Source of the DNA: Octopus sinensis
Taxonomy: Eukaryota
DNA: 64,000 nucleotides
NCBI RefSeq assembly: GCF_006345805.1
Contig: NC_043002.1
Location: forward strand, 30,814,001-30,878,000
Direction: 5' to 3'
Part shown: positions 1 to 12,757 of the stretch, in pieces
Layout of the letters: each line of letters starts with the position of its first letter
How positions within the stretch are numbered: the first letter of the stretch is position 1
The notes under the pieces: generated by a model
Database searches by the model: none
Seen by the model: the letters and a program-made list of their open reading frames with translations, nothing else
Told to the model about the DNA's origin: nothing
Made by a program: the position numbers and the translations under genes

Positions 1-373
1 ATTTTTATTTGAAATACTACTTTATAACTTGGCTACACGTGTTTCATGAGGTACATTTCCCGGTTCATAAACCACTCCATATTTTGCTGGAACCATTCTT
101 AAAATATAATCCCAATCATCAGGCCCCCATATCCGTTTCGGGATGGTCAAACAACGCTCCTTACTTTGTACTCTAATTACTTAGTACACTAATACTGCAG
201 CATTGCAAGGCAGGTTAAGTGAGCATGATTCATTGCACTTGAATGTGTATTCCGTGCTGTCTTGACTATGATGACTGGCTTACTACGTACATTTCCTTCC
301 TGACAGGAAATGGCTACATCTATAATTTGTTCCTCTAACAGACCTCATGCTGAATCCCCGAGGATTAATCTTA

Positions 374-414
<41 letters not shown>

Positions 415-487
415 TAAATAAAACATATGCATATATATAAACATATATGTACGTACCTACCTCTACATGTACATATACACGCATATA

Positions 488-700
488 TGAGTACAGGACA
501 CCAAAAAGACGTCGAACACAATGAGAAACGAAAACATAGACACAAACCCAAGGAACTGGACATTTTTTTAAACAACCAAAAAATAGAGTGCAGGACAATT
601 AACACAAAGAATAAACCCCTTCTTCAGTCGCTATGGTTTCGTCTACTCTACGTTTCGAAGGTGAAAGCGAGACGTATCTTCGACAAGAAACTTTCCTTCC
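488..700 (-). repeat. Dispersed repeat, probably a Penelope-like (PLE) terminal fragment
   Basis: 488-600 is the reverse complement of a related sequence at ~37838-37981. Both abut (TA)n and carry degenerate CTGAnGA/GAAA motifs. Confidence 0.45.
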
Positions 701-702
701 TG

Positions 703-747
<45 letters not shown>

Positions 748-752
748 AAATA

Positions 753-968
753 AATGCGCCCTTTTAAAGCTTAGGCAGGCTCATGAGCCCGGTTTCCCGG
801 TTTCAATGGTGTATGTGATCGCATCGTTTCTCATTTTTGCCAGCTGAGTGGACCGGAGCAACGTGAAATGAAGTGTTTTGCTCAAGAACACAACGCGTCG
901 CCCGGTCCAGGAATCGGAACCACAATCTTGATGCTGACACCCTAACCACTAAGCCACGCGCATCCACT
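753..968 (-). mobile_element. tRNA-derived CORE-like SINE (family C)
   Basis: Minus strand begins GCGCGTGGCTTAGTGGTTAGGGTG (A box) ...GGTTCCGATTCC (B box), followed by the CORE-like GTGTTCTTGAGCAAAACACTTCATTTCAC. A relative lies at 44933. Confidence 0.75.
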
Positions 969-1027
<59 letters not shown>

Positions 1028-1189
1028 TGAGAGAGAGAGAGAGAGAAAGCGATAGATAAATTGATAGATATATAGATATTACGAATATGATGTGATGTCT
1101 TGTATTCCGCTTTTGCTTTCTTTATGTATTATATAATCGATCCTCTCTCTATCCACGCTAACACCAGGGAACCATCGAAAATGTAACAA

Positions 1190-1405
1190 ATGGAGGAAGC
1201 TCCTCTACTTGGTAGACCTTGGAAATTTCACTGGATCCGTCACTGCGTCCAGCACTGACTTGGTACTCAGTTTTAGCTGAGCAGACATGAACGTCTTCAA
1301 AATAAATGCTTTGATCAAGGAAGAAACGCATAATCTTGTCCAGTAATCGAACCTTGGATCATACGATCATAAGCCCAACATCCTAATTACTAAGCCATGC
1401 ACTTT
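1190..1405 (-). mobile_element. Diverged tRNA-derived SINE (family C-like)
   Basis: Minus strand GCATGGCTTAGTAATTAGGATG...GGTTCGATTAC A/B-box-like head. Confidence 0.45.
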
Positions 1406-1430
1406 CGACCCGCCTCCTTTTATATAAATA

Positions 1431-1664
1431 TACTCTCTTACTCTTTTTACTCTTTTACTTGTTTCAGTCATTTGACTGCGGCCATGCTGGAGCACCACAT
1501 TTAGTCGAGCAAATCGACCCCGGGACTTATTCTTTGTAAGCTCCGTACTTATTCTATCGGTCTCTTTTGCCGAACCGCTAAGTGACGGGGACGTAAACAC
1601 ACCAGCATCGGTTGTCAAGCGATGCTGGGGAGTCAAACACAGGCACACACACACACACACACAC

Positions 1665-1709
<45 letters not shown>

Positions 1710-1892
1710 ACATATATATACATATATACGACAGGCTTCTTTCAGTTTCCGTCTACCAGATCCACTCACAAGGCATTGGTCGGCCCGGGGCTATAGCAGA
1801 AGACACTTGCCCAAGGTGCCTCGCATTGGGAATGAACTCGGAACCATGTGGTTGGTTAGCAAGCTACTTACCACACAGCCACTCCTGCGCCT
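1431..1892 (-). mobile_element. Full-length tRNA-derived SINE (family A) with internal microsatellite
   Basis: Head GGCGCAGGAGTGGCTGTGTGGTAAG...GGTTCCGAGTTC, CORE-like CACCTTGGGCAAGTGTCTT, internal (TG)n, 3' half ending (AAAGAGT)n. Same family at 18055, 22588, 58628, 59395, 60225 and 62641. Confidence 0.85.
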
Positions 1893-3099
1893 TCAAATAC
1901 GATCATACATACACTCACAATATATATGTATGGGCCTATGTGTACTTTTCTATGTGTGATTGTGTGTGTGTGTGTGTCTGTATGTGTGTGTGTGTGAAGG
2001 ACTTATAATTAACAAGTCGCCTTCAAATAAAGAGTGTGTGCGTGAACACCTGGAACCAACAACAGCAAGAATAGCTCCACAGGTTATGGTGACATAAGAA
2101 TACCGCCAGTAATACTTATTAATTAGGAGTCTCTCTGGCGCCCAACTTCGAGCTTAATATACATCAGTAAATATCGTATTATGTTGATACATTCTTGTGT
2201 AACCATTGTTGATACACCCTTGTATGAATTCAGAGACAACAAAAGAGTAGAATGCAGATTTAATAACGCTAATTAATTGAAAATAACCCTAATTAATTGT
2301 AAAAGCTACCTGCATTTTTGTCAAATAAAATCTACACCAACAACGCCAGCATTAAATAGCAGAACCTTTTTTTACTGAATTCAGAAGGTTGCTAGTAGAT
2401 TGAATAGAACTTAGGTATTTTAAGCTCAAAGAAAAGATGGAACTAACAAACATTCCGAAGTAGCACCGTTGGTATAATGTTGTTGGTTATCATGTGTGAC
2501 ATTATATTAAACTTGATCTTTTCACTGCTGTTATTAGTGTAATATACATATCCAGTTGTATATTTCTTTTTCTGTTTACATGATTGATGTGAAGCTTTAT
2601 AATACAATTAATCCTACAATCAAATTCTAAAGCTGTTAATTATAACTAGTGTCTTCAGTATAAGGAATAACTAAATCAACGATACGATACCTTACTATAG
2701 TCTCCTGTATATTTACACATCAACAATTATTATATTATCTATAGTAATTAATAATTAAATTAACTAATCTATTTAATTATCTACTGGGCTTCGACAAATA
2801 CATATTTTACTGTTGTGCGTCTCGTACTCACACACACACTCATACATCCACAAATATATATATATATATATATATATACTCTGCGAAATAGATTGGGCTC
2901 TTTGTTGAACATGTATATTATATATGCATAATTTGAATTAAAAAGTTATTATAACTAGGAGGAACAAATGAACGACATATGTATAAATGCCTATTAGTGT
3001 ACACATATATATCCTTTGATGCCAATAAGGTGCAAGAATTATTGAGGCAAGATGCTAGAATGATAATCATACAGGGCAAAAAACATGGCATCATTTCAT

Positions 3100-3200
3100 C
3101 CATCTTTACGTTCTGAGTTCAAATTCCGCGCAGAGTGATTTTGCGTTTTGCCTTTCATTCTTTCAGTGTCGATAAAACAAGACCCAGTCAAGTACTGGCA
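3100..3200 (+). mobile_element. Partial SINE (family B)
   Basis: GTTCTGAGTTCAAATTCCGC...TTTGCCTTTCATTCTTTC matches copies at 32440, 47625, 50172 and 63600-64000. Confidence 0.5.
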
Positions 3201-4197
3201 TACGTACACATCGACACACACATATACAAACACGTAAAAGTTCTTATATAAATAAGTATGTAGGTATTATTATACGTGTATATGTTTGTATATGTGTTTT
3301 TAACAAATATTCTTGAAATTTCTGTTTGTTTTTTTTGCAATCCAGTTTTAGATTCTCTATTTCACCACATTTGTATATAAACATGCTTTCTATTAAAGCT
3401 TAATCTTTTTACTGAGTGCACAGCGATAGTTCTTTTACAGCCGCAAGTACTAGGAACACCAGTTCGTGTCCGGAAAAATTTAATAAATGTACATATTTAT
3501 CTTTATGTGCGTATAACATGGACGTATTTTCCAATGTCTTTTCGCATAACCAATCATCATATCTATTTATGATATTTCATTAAACATGAATTCGTTTTAT
3601 GCTCATCGAGAATATTGCGAAGAAGATTTTTAGCATAAAAGTATTTTCGTTATGCTTATACAAAATCTATATATTTCTGAGAATACTATAGATATGCATA
3701 AAAATACTAACATTCACACGTGGGCACAAATATACCTACGTACACAAGAAATGTGAACGTGTGTGAGAGCGTTTATGTTTCATTTATTACACATTCATAT
3801 GCATAGACACACAGATCTACATATTTTTTACGTTCATAAGAAATAAACTATATTATATAGAACTCTATTTACATGAGAAGTTTCTAGATGCACTCAACAA
3901 ACTATATTTCGCCATCTCACTCAGCGACCCGGTAAATGATTTTTTTTCTCATATTCTTTATTTCAAACTTCATCTATTTCCCTTCTTTGCCAGAAATATA
4001 CGTGTACACTAATACAACACACATATACTTCTAGACACATATATGCATGTATATTTATACATGCATGTATAATTTGTGTGCGTGGGAAAGAGAGAGAAAG
4101 AGAGAAAGAAAGTGGATATAAGTGTTATGTATGTGAGTATATATATATATATATATATGTATATTCACTTAACTCTCCCTTTCCCTTTATGTACATA

Positions 4198-4269
<72 letters not shown>

Positions 4270-4398
4270 ATACGTGTAGATATATAACACATTCACATAC
4301 ACATTAATTTATGAAAGAACACCTAACACCCATATATCTATGGGTGGATAGGCGGTCGATAATTATATATATTATATATATATATATATATGTACATA

Positions 4399-4436
<38 letters not shown>

Positions 4437-5198
4437 CATACATATATACATATATATATATTTATATGCATATATAACTTGCCTATGTATGCACGTGAAA
4501 ATGTGAGTATTATTCAATCTATGATTCCATATCGGGGTGTCATTTTGTTCCATAAAGCTTCCGTTCAACTCAACTCTATATCTGACTCTGTATCAAGTTA
4601 TTGATGGCCTTACATAATCTAACAACCTGCCGCTGCTGCCGCATTAATTCAATCTCTCTCAGAAAATCGTTTCCATACAATGAAACGTTGCTTATCACTC
4701 GCACGACTGTTTCTGTCAGCCATTTTGAACAAAGTATATTTATTGCTATTTCTTTATAATATAATATTATGTAATATAATATAAAATGCAAACATGTATA
4801 AATATATATTTATATATATTTAACTACATACAAACAGGCATGCCATACAGACGGACATACAAACACACACATATGCACGTATATATATATGCATTATACA
4901 TTTATAATGTTTCCTTTATAATACTGGGCGACATATGATATGATATATATTTATGCACACGCAAATATACATATATGCAGAGAGAGAAAGAGAGAGGTAG
5001 AGATTGATAGATAGATAGATGGATAGATAGATAGATAGATAGATAGATACATACATACATACATACATACATACATAGATGGATGGATGGATAGATGGAC
5101 GGACGGATGGATGGATAGATGGATACATAGGTATACAGGCGAACAAATATAATTCATACTGACAGTTACACTCATATTAAGATACATAACTACACATG

Positions 5199-5233
<35 letters not shown>

Positions 5234-5277
5234 ATTTATATATGCATATACATATACATATATTATATATGCATATA

Positions 5278-5326
<49 letters not shown>

Positions 5327-6194
5327 TATATATATAATTATCTCTCTATATATAAAACTGAGAATGTGTGTCTGTCTGTGTGTTTCCCTAAAACTTGAGA
5401 ACTACACTACCAATTTCATTCAAATTTTACACATGCCTTACTTAGGGTCCATGTAGTTTCATTGGCAAAAAAAACTGTTCAACTTCTTGCCTAGGGCGAG
5501 CCCATAGCAATATCATATCTTCTCCACTACTTCAGTACTACGTGTTAAAATTGAAACAAAAACATTTCTCTATTTTATGTCAGATACTTTCATTTTAACA
5601 ATAAAAATTAGAGATAATAATGACAATTGAATTATATGTAGTAAGTAATAATTAAAATCAAACTAAAGTATAATATAATCGTAACATAGCAAAAGTAAAT
5701 ATAGCAATTTGTATAAAATTGCATCAATTACTTGAACTTGAATAAGTGGTTTCACATGAATGTGAATAACTTAAAAATAAAATTATTGTGCATAAATGGA
5801 ATAGTCCCGACGGAGCTGTGCACATACCGTTTACCACGGCTTTTACATTAGATTATCTGCTAATTAGCTAGCATTAAGTATCTATATGAAGTTTGGCTGT
5901 ATGTAATGTCTGTTTTATCGAACAGCTGCTTCGACTGAGTTGGTACGTGTTAATTTTTTCCCTGTAAATATTGCTATTGTTACTGTGAATTATTGATATT
6001 GTTTTTAAAAAAGAACTGTTGTTTGCTTTCTTTGAAAGCTATTTGTTGAAATCCCCCCCCCCTGCAGGGGGAATTATCGTTATCTTGTGGCTATTTAAGC
6101 CAATTTTTGTGAAAGGCTTCTGAACCAAATTTTTGAGAAAGGCTTTTTAAGCCAATTTTGTGAAAGGCTTTTATAAGGCAACTTGTTGTGGAAA

Positions 6195-7109
6195 AATGGA
6201 AATGCATACACCATTTTCTTTCTCACCCGTGTCAGGTGAAGAAAGTAGTTCACCAGCAGTAACACCGAAAAAACAAAATGAAATAACACCAGTAGTCTCA
6301 CTGAAGAAATTCGCAGAGGTAGCTAGGAAAAGGGGAAAAAAAGCTAAATACTGAAAAGAGTAATTTAGAAAAATATAGGCACATGTTGAAAAAAGAAGGA
6401 ACAGAAATTACAGTGGCTACAACAGAAGGAACGACAGACGCAGTAAACAGGAAAAGGATCATATACAAGACGTACAGCATAGTTTAAAATATGATACAAA
6501 GAATAGAGGAAAAAATGTAGAAAAATGCCTCAAACCAATTTGACCCAAAATCACCTACATCAACCGTGGAAAACGGTTCGGTACATTGGAAGTAAGGTTC
6601 AAAAGAGAAGAAGCAGCCAAAAAGTACTCTTCGGAGACACTCAAAACAGAGGAGGTGGTTCTTCTTCCAATATACATGGGAGGAAGAACATCAAAAATAA
6701 ATAACATACCCCCTGAAGTGGATGCCTCTTGTTTAGTGGCAGCAATAACATTAGGCCTGGAGGAAAAAATAAATATTCTCCAGGCCTCAGTGGAAGAGGA
6801 AGAGCATTGGAAGGGCAATGATTGACGATGGCAATTCAAGCAGAGGTGGCAACATTAGAAGAAATTCCAAAAACCATAAATGTTGGCGGAGGTGAGAGAC
6901 TGATAGTATACGTGGAAGCCAGAAAACCGAGATGCTTCAGCTGCGGGTTGAAGGGACACACAAGGGCCGAGTGCCAACCAAAAGAGAAGGAAAGAAAAGA
7001 AGAAACACCAGATGAGATAACACCAGTACCAACACTAAAAGAAACACCAGCACCAACACCTAAAGATGTTACATCACCAGCGACAGCAGAAAGTGAAGAG
7101 AAAGACTGA
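6195..7109 (+). pseudogene. ORF1 (gag-like, zinc knuckle) remnants
   Basis: Frameshifted pieces 6195-6354, 6586-6825 and 6822-7109. RKPRCFSCGLKGHTRAEC is a C-x2-C-x4-H-x4-C knuckle. Confidence 0.75.
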
Positions 7110-7497
7110 GAGGAGGGGTGGTCGACTACTTTTAAGGAAAAGGAAAAAAACACAGACCGCCCCTCCGAAATTGAATATAAAAAAGAAAAATGAACAAGAG
7201 AAAGACAATACGTACATGGCCATAAAGGCCTCAAACAACAGACTAGTCAACCGTTTGGCAGTTATCCCAACTGTCAAACGAGTTGAAAAAAGTACATCAA
7301 AAGACTTCCTTATTTACAAGATAGGCCGGAAGGATTACGGGCGGATTAAGTCCGAATTCTTCCACGGCGTAGGCCCTCTAAGATTGGATTTTTCCATATA
7401 TTTACGAGGGCCTACGTCCAAATACGCCACGAGCCCGAGAAAAAGAAAAAGAAAACGAGGATGAAAAAACGCTGAACCACTGATACTGAGGTAAGTA

Positions 7498-9160
7498 ATG
7501 TCTAACATTAATGTTGGTTGCTTGAATATGCGTGGCCTGAGATCAAGCTGGAAGCAGGGTCGCTTCCTTAATGATATCAGGTCGCGGAATTTGGATGTCA
7601 TTGTTGCTACAGAAACTCGGTTAGAGGAGCCAAGAGATCTGCTCCCGCTGTTGAACGGCTACGAGAGTTTTTTCTCTCCAGGCAGTCCTACCGGCAGGAG
7701 TGGCGTGTTAGTCCTATTAAAAAGAAACCGGGTTTTGAGAAAAAGTTAATTTTTTCAGATCCAGAAGGTAGGCTGGTCGTTATGGATTTGACGTTCAGTA
7801 ACGGTAAAGTTATTAGACTGATTGCAATTTATGCACCCTCATCATCATCTGGGCAAAGTGAGTATTTTCGAGAGCTAGAGAAGTTTCTTAGTACTTCACA
7901 TTCATTAGTTGTGCTAGGAGACTACAACACAATTTACAAGGCGGATGTAGATTATGTTGGCTCGTGTACAGATAGGAAAGGTAACCCTGGCTTCCTGGAA
8001 CTGCTAAGTCGCTTTGAGCTAGCAGATCCTTATAGGTTGGAATTTCCGAACTCTCAATTGTGGACATGGTCAAATAGCGACGGAACTTCCAGGACATACA
8101 TAGATAGAGTACTAATTAGAAAAGCAGATAGAGAAATACCTAAGTGTCCACAGTTTTACCCGGTCAGCTATAGTGATCATAAAATGGTCACCTGTAAGCT
8201 TGACATACATAAGGTATATAAGAGAGGCTCTGGTTATTGGAATCTTAATACGTCCCTTTTGGCGATCAAGGAGTACAGAGACCGGATTAGGACTTTGATT
8301 CAGAGGGCGATATCTGGTGCCATCATTAATAATTAATGGTGGTATGCTATCAAACGAGCCATAACATTCGAGTCTATTAGATATAGCATAAGATTAGTGC
8401 TAGAGAGGCCAGGAGGAGATCAACTCTAGTTAAGGATTTAGAGGAAGCCATGAAAACTGGCCCTGCGGCTCGGGTAACGGCCAAGACACTGGCGTTAAAC
8501 CAGCACCTCGAGGCCAAACACATGGGATGCATTGTCAGGGCTAGGATCTGCGCAGGGGGTTGTGAGGGAATCAACGTTGTAGGATGGGCCCGAGTGGTGG
8601 AGGCTCAACGTGGTAATGATGCCACAATTCGATCTTTGACGAACCAACAAGGTAAGTTGATAGTCGAACCCGAGGAGATGTGTGAGGTCTTTCAGGAGCA
8701 CTTCGCTCAGCTTTTCTGTGGGGGCAGCGAACCGGATAGTAGGAGGGACTTTACGGACCTCCTCGATGGGCTGCCGCGCCTATCGGGGCGAGATGCGGCG
8801 AGCTGTAAGGGGCCGATCCCGCCTGAGGAGGTGGCTGAGGCTATGGCGGACTGCGGTGCGGGCATGGTGCCAGGACTGGTGCCAGGACTACATTATGAGT
8901 TATATAAGAGTATGCCAGACTTGTTCGGGCACCTACTGGCGGAGGTCTACGCGAATTGGCAGCAGAACGGGTTTATTCCCAGATTTGTGCGCCGGGGAGT
9001 AGTGACTCTTGTCAGAAAGGACCCGGACAAGGGGGATTGTATTGATAATTTTCGGCCCATCACTCTGCTAAACACAGAGTTGAAGATTTTGGCCAAAGTG
9101 TTATCGAAAAGATTGGCGCGTGTGCGGATGGTCTGATCGGGGAGGCACAGACCGATGCAC
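7498..9160 (+). pseudogene. ORF2 APE endonuclease + RT N-terminus (disrupted)
   Basis: CLNMRGL...LDVIVATETRL, IAIYAP, LGDYN, WTWSN...TYIDRVL, YSDHKMV, GSGYWNLNTSLL, FRPITLLNTELKILAKVLSKRL. Confidence 0.9.
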
Positions 9161-9633
9161 TCCTAGGGCTACAAGCTACAGTAACACCCACCCTTAGTGG
9201 GTAGCCATATTGAGATGGCAAATATACCTCACATTGTCGTGCAGTTACTGTTTATACCTCGTTCAGAGATTTGTTATTCCAAGTTAAAAAGATTTTCAAC
9301 AATTCAACTTCTCTGGTTCACATTAAGATGCCCACCCCCAACAGGGCCTTAACTCTCACATTTTAGGACTCCATGACCTTCATTTATTAGGAGCAAAATG
9401 TTTTTAACAGGTTCAATAAGACTGGAATTTTGGAATATACGCATAAAAATCAGTAGTATGGCATACATGTGCGACGATTACAAATTTTTTAGGGTGTGTA
9501 AAGAGGGAAATAACCCTAATCTGCAATTTTGATTAAATTAGAAACATAGATATTCCCGTTCATTAAAGAAAATATAACAGAAAAGTCTAATTCTTCAATT
9601 GAATGTAACGGGCAACGCCGGGTATCTCTGCTA

Positions 9634-9671
<38 letters not shown>

Positions 9672-10495
9672 TTATATATATATATATATATATATCTGTG
9701 CGTACATATGCACACACATATTAAACATACATACATATATGCATAGAGAGATATAGAAGGAGGGGAGGAGAGAAGAGATAGGGAATGGGTGACTTATCCA
9801 TACGTATGAATATTTCACAAAAAGCTTTTAGAACTAACCATTACTGCTGCTGCTACTGTTGCTACTGCTGTTGTTATTGTTCGAAATTATTGCTTGAGCA
9901 ATTTTCAATGTGCAATCTGAATAATTACTAACCTACGTGATTCCTCCTACCGCAAGAAATAACATCAAAATCTTTCTTAGATCCCAACATTCATCTTTAA
10001 AGAAGTTTATCACATTCTATAATATATTAAAGCATAGAAATTCGAAGAAGACGGCTCGGTGACGATTTCAGTACTATTCGATCATGTGTTTGCTTGATTA
10101 GAGCTTAAATTAGGCTCAGAGTGCAATCCGACAAATTACACAATTCATTCATTTTCTGTTTTATTACTGTTTTTAAGTTTTTTCTCCTTGCTTCCTCTCA
10201 GGCTCCTCCTCTCCGTCCATTGTCCATTTCTCTTTTACTCGGGCACTCCCGCTCTCTCTCGTCTTCTGTCCATGCACACCGACTTGGTCTCATTTAACGA
10301 TTTTTCTTCTTATCTGTCGCTTAATCTATTGAAATATCAACCTACCTGTCTGTCTATCTCTCTCTCTCTCCCTCTCTCTCTCTCTATCTCTCTATCTATC
10401 TATCTATCGATCTGTTTATCTATCTATCTACCACACATACACAGATATTCTTTCTTTTTCTCCTTGTCTCTCTCTCTCTATCCATATATATGTGA

Positions 10496-10531
<36 letters not shown>

Positions 10532-10534
10532 TTA

Positions 10535-10640
<106 letters not shown>

Positions 10641-10829
10641 GAAGAGAGAGAGAGAGAGAGACAGATATATGTATACATATATATGTGTATATATTTATAC
10701 TTACGTATTCAGACGCAAAAGGCAAATGTCGGAAACCAGACAATTATTCTAGCACATATTTGTGTGTATGTATGTATATGTGTATATATATATATAATAT
10801 ATAATATATATAATATATATTATATATAT

Positions 10830-10875
<46 letters not shown>

Positions 10876-11030
10876 CACCCGAAATGGCGAAGATAATCTG
10901 GTACTTGACCGAGGAAAGAAAACTTCGATTAACCTTCCTTGTTTTCTCTGTATCTTCTATCTGGATGTGTTGCCCCATTTTCGTATCACCTAACTATCCG
11001 GATGTTTTGCGCTCTTGTCCCATTTTGTAT
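10876..11030 (+). repeat. Dispersed (TA)n-associated repeat, probably PLE-terminal (family P1)
   Basis: ATCAxCCGAAATTGCGAAGATAATC...GATGTTTTGCGCTCTTGTCCCATTTT; related copies at 17888-18020, 27110-27410 and 37340-37570. Confidence 0.55.
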
Positions 11031-11056
11031 TTTATACATACACACACACACACATG

Positions 11057-11098
<42 letters not shown>

Positions 11099-11366
11099 CA
11101 CACATACACAAATACAGATATTATGCAAAAGTGTCGCATGTCCGAAACGTTGCTTTTTTCAGAAAACGAAAAAGTAGTTTCACCATTTCATCGCAAATCC
11201 GTTGTACAACACTGCCAATTTTTGATATCTTTGCAGTTGAAGAAGCTAGAGATACGATAATTTCACAAAAAAGCACCGGCTGTTGCAAGCAAAAAGAAAT
11301 ATTGAAAAAAATGAAATACTCATTTGACCAAATTTGGTCAACCGATAGTTTAACATAATAGCAACG

Positions 11367-11397
<31 letters not shown>

Positions 11398-12293
11398 TGA
11401 GCAAAATAGCTGGTTGTCAAATTTTAAGAAGAGATCAGAGTAGTAACTATACTAAATAGTAAAGTCAATCGCCACGTCAAAGTGGCTCTTACATGTTACT
11501 ACTAGTTTAACTCCAGACAGATCTTCCGTCAACCGGTTTTCGATCATCGTTTGTTACTGAAAGAACGCTGTTTCACATATACAGTCATTCATATATTTCC
11601 CTTGTAAACGCACATACATACATATGCCCACACAAATTTGAAACGCTGTTTGGTTTTTCTTTTCAGCGTTCAATGTTCACAATCCCACTCCCATTGCGCA
11701 CACACAGACACATACACGCACGTTGACTTTACATAGGCACAGAGATTTGAAACGATCCCTCTGCCAGTTTGTCATCTCCCATTCCTTCGTTATTCATCTA
11801 CCACCGTTTCATTTCTCATTCATATGTTGTGACGGAGAAAAACATAAGAGTATTATTATGGTAGATAATTGCAAGCAGGAGGAGTGAACCCTTACAATCC
11901 TCTAGCAGACAAGGGGACTGCGAGACTGACTCAGTTTCGAGGTTGGCTGATCTCCAGTCGCGAATACACGGTCTCCAGAGCGATAGCCAGGATCCGCTCC
12001 AGTCAACAATATAGTGTAAACAGAACGACCATCAGTCACTGATTTGCAACAAGCAAAATAGCTGCTTGTAAAAATCTCAAGAAGAGATCAGAGTAGTAAC
12101 TATACTAAGGTTTGAAGTCAATCCCCACATGAAAGTGACTGTTCCATGTTGCTACTAGCTTAACCTCAGGCAGATCTTCCATCAGCTGATCATCGGTAGA
12201 GCGCTAAACCCTGAATATAAAATATATAGTGCGAACCCCTACTATCCTCTAGCAAACTGACTCAGTTTCGAGCTGGTTCACTCATCTTCGTCC

Positions 12294-12411
12294 CTATTTG
12301 GACCATCGCGGGTTAAGGTGGTTGAGGGGGGAATTTGGACAAAAGCTTTATAAAGGTTTTGTCCACTTCCCCCCACTCTCCAACCGCCTTAACCCGCAAT
12401 GGTCCAAATAG
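12294..12411. repeat. Imperfect ~118-nt inverted repeat (MITE-like hairpin)
   Basis: CTATTTGGACCATCGCGGGTTAAGGTGGTTG...GGACAAAAGCTTTA pairs with TAAAGGTTTTGTCC...CAACCGCCTTAACCCGCAATGGTCCAAATAG. Confidence 0.75.
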
Positions 12412-12720
12412 AGACCTCTCTAGGTTTTGATGACACTGCGGGTGATGTTCTTTACTTCGCATGGTGCTTGTTTACATTTTTGTTTGTTTTATTTATAATG
12501 TCTTAAGCAGCCTTGGACCACTTATAACATATATTACTTCTCCATACTTTTACTTTATATTTATTTTTTATTTACACATATATATTTATGTACACATATA
12601 TATATACATATATATATATATGCATACATATATGCACATATATTTATGTACACATATATATACATATATATATATGCATACATATATGCACAAAAAACAC
12701 AACTAAGCGAGGACGTGGAA

Positions 12721-12757
<37 letters not shown>

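Larger units (their letters stand above)
6090..9160 (+). mobile_element. L1/Tx1-clade non-LTR retrotransposon, frameshifted and 3'-truncated
   Basis: ORF1 remnants with a CCHC knuckle, then ORF2 with APE endonuclease and the N-terminal RT. Homology stops at about 9160. Confidence 0.9.
5341..9634 (+). mobile_element. Non-autonomous Helitron-like element (contains the L1/Tx1 fragment)
   Basis: A|TCTCTCTATATATAAAACTG 5' end. 3' end ...CGGGCAACGCCGGGTATCTCTGCTAG|T with GC-rich subterminal motif and CTAG, between A and T. Both ends resemble the 394-bp Helitron at 41958-42351. That the two ends belong to one element is inferred. Confidence 0.65.

Noticed and set aside
610-700. CTGAAGA/GAAA motifs here and CTGATGA at ~37808
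   Set aside because: Stems I and II do not close properly; at best a decayed ribozyme remnant.
2080-2130. GYGDI peptide resembling a K+ channel pore
   Set aside because: Poor acceptor context, the motif is followed by RIPP and an early stop, and no other channel exons were seen.
4600-4720. DFLREIELM, resembling a tyrosine-kinase alphaC helix
   Set aside because: Flanking kinase motifs are absent, splice sites are weak, and an equally plausible plus-strand exon exists.
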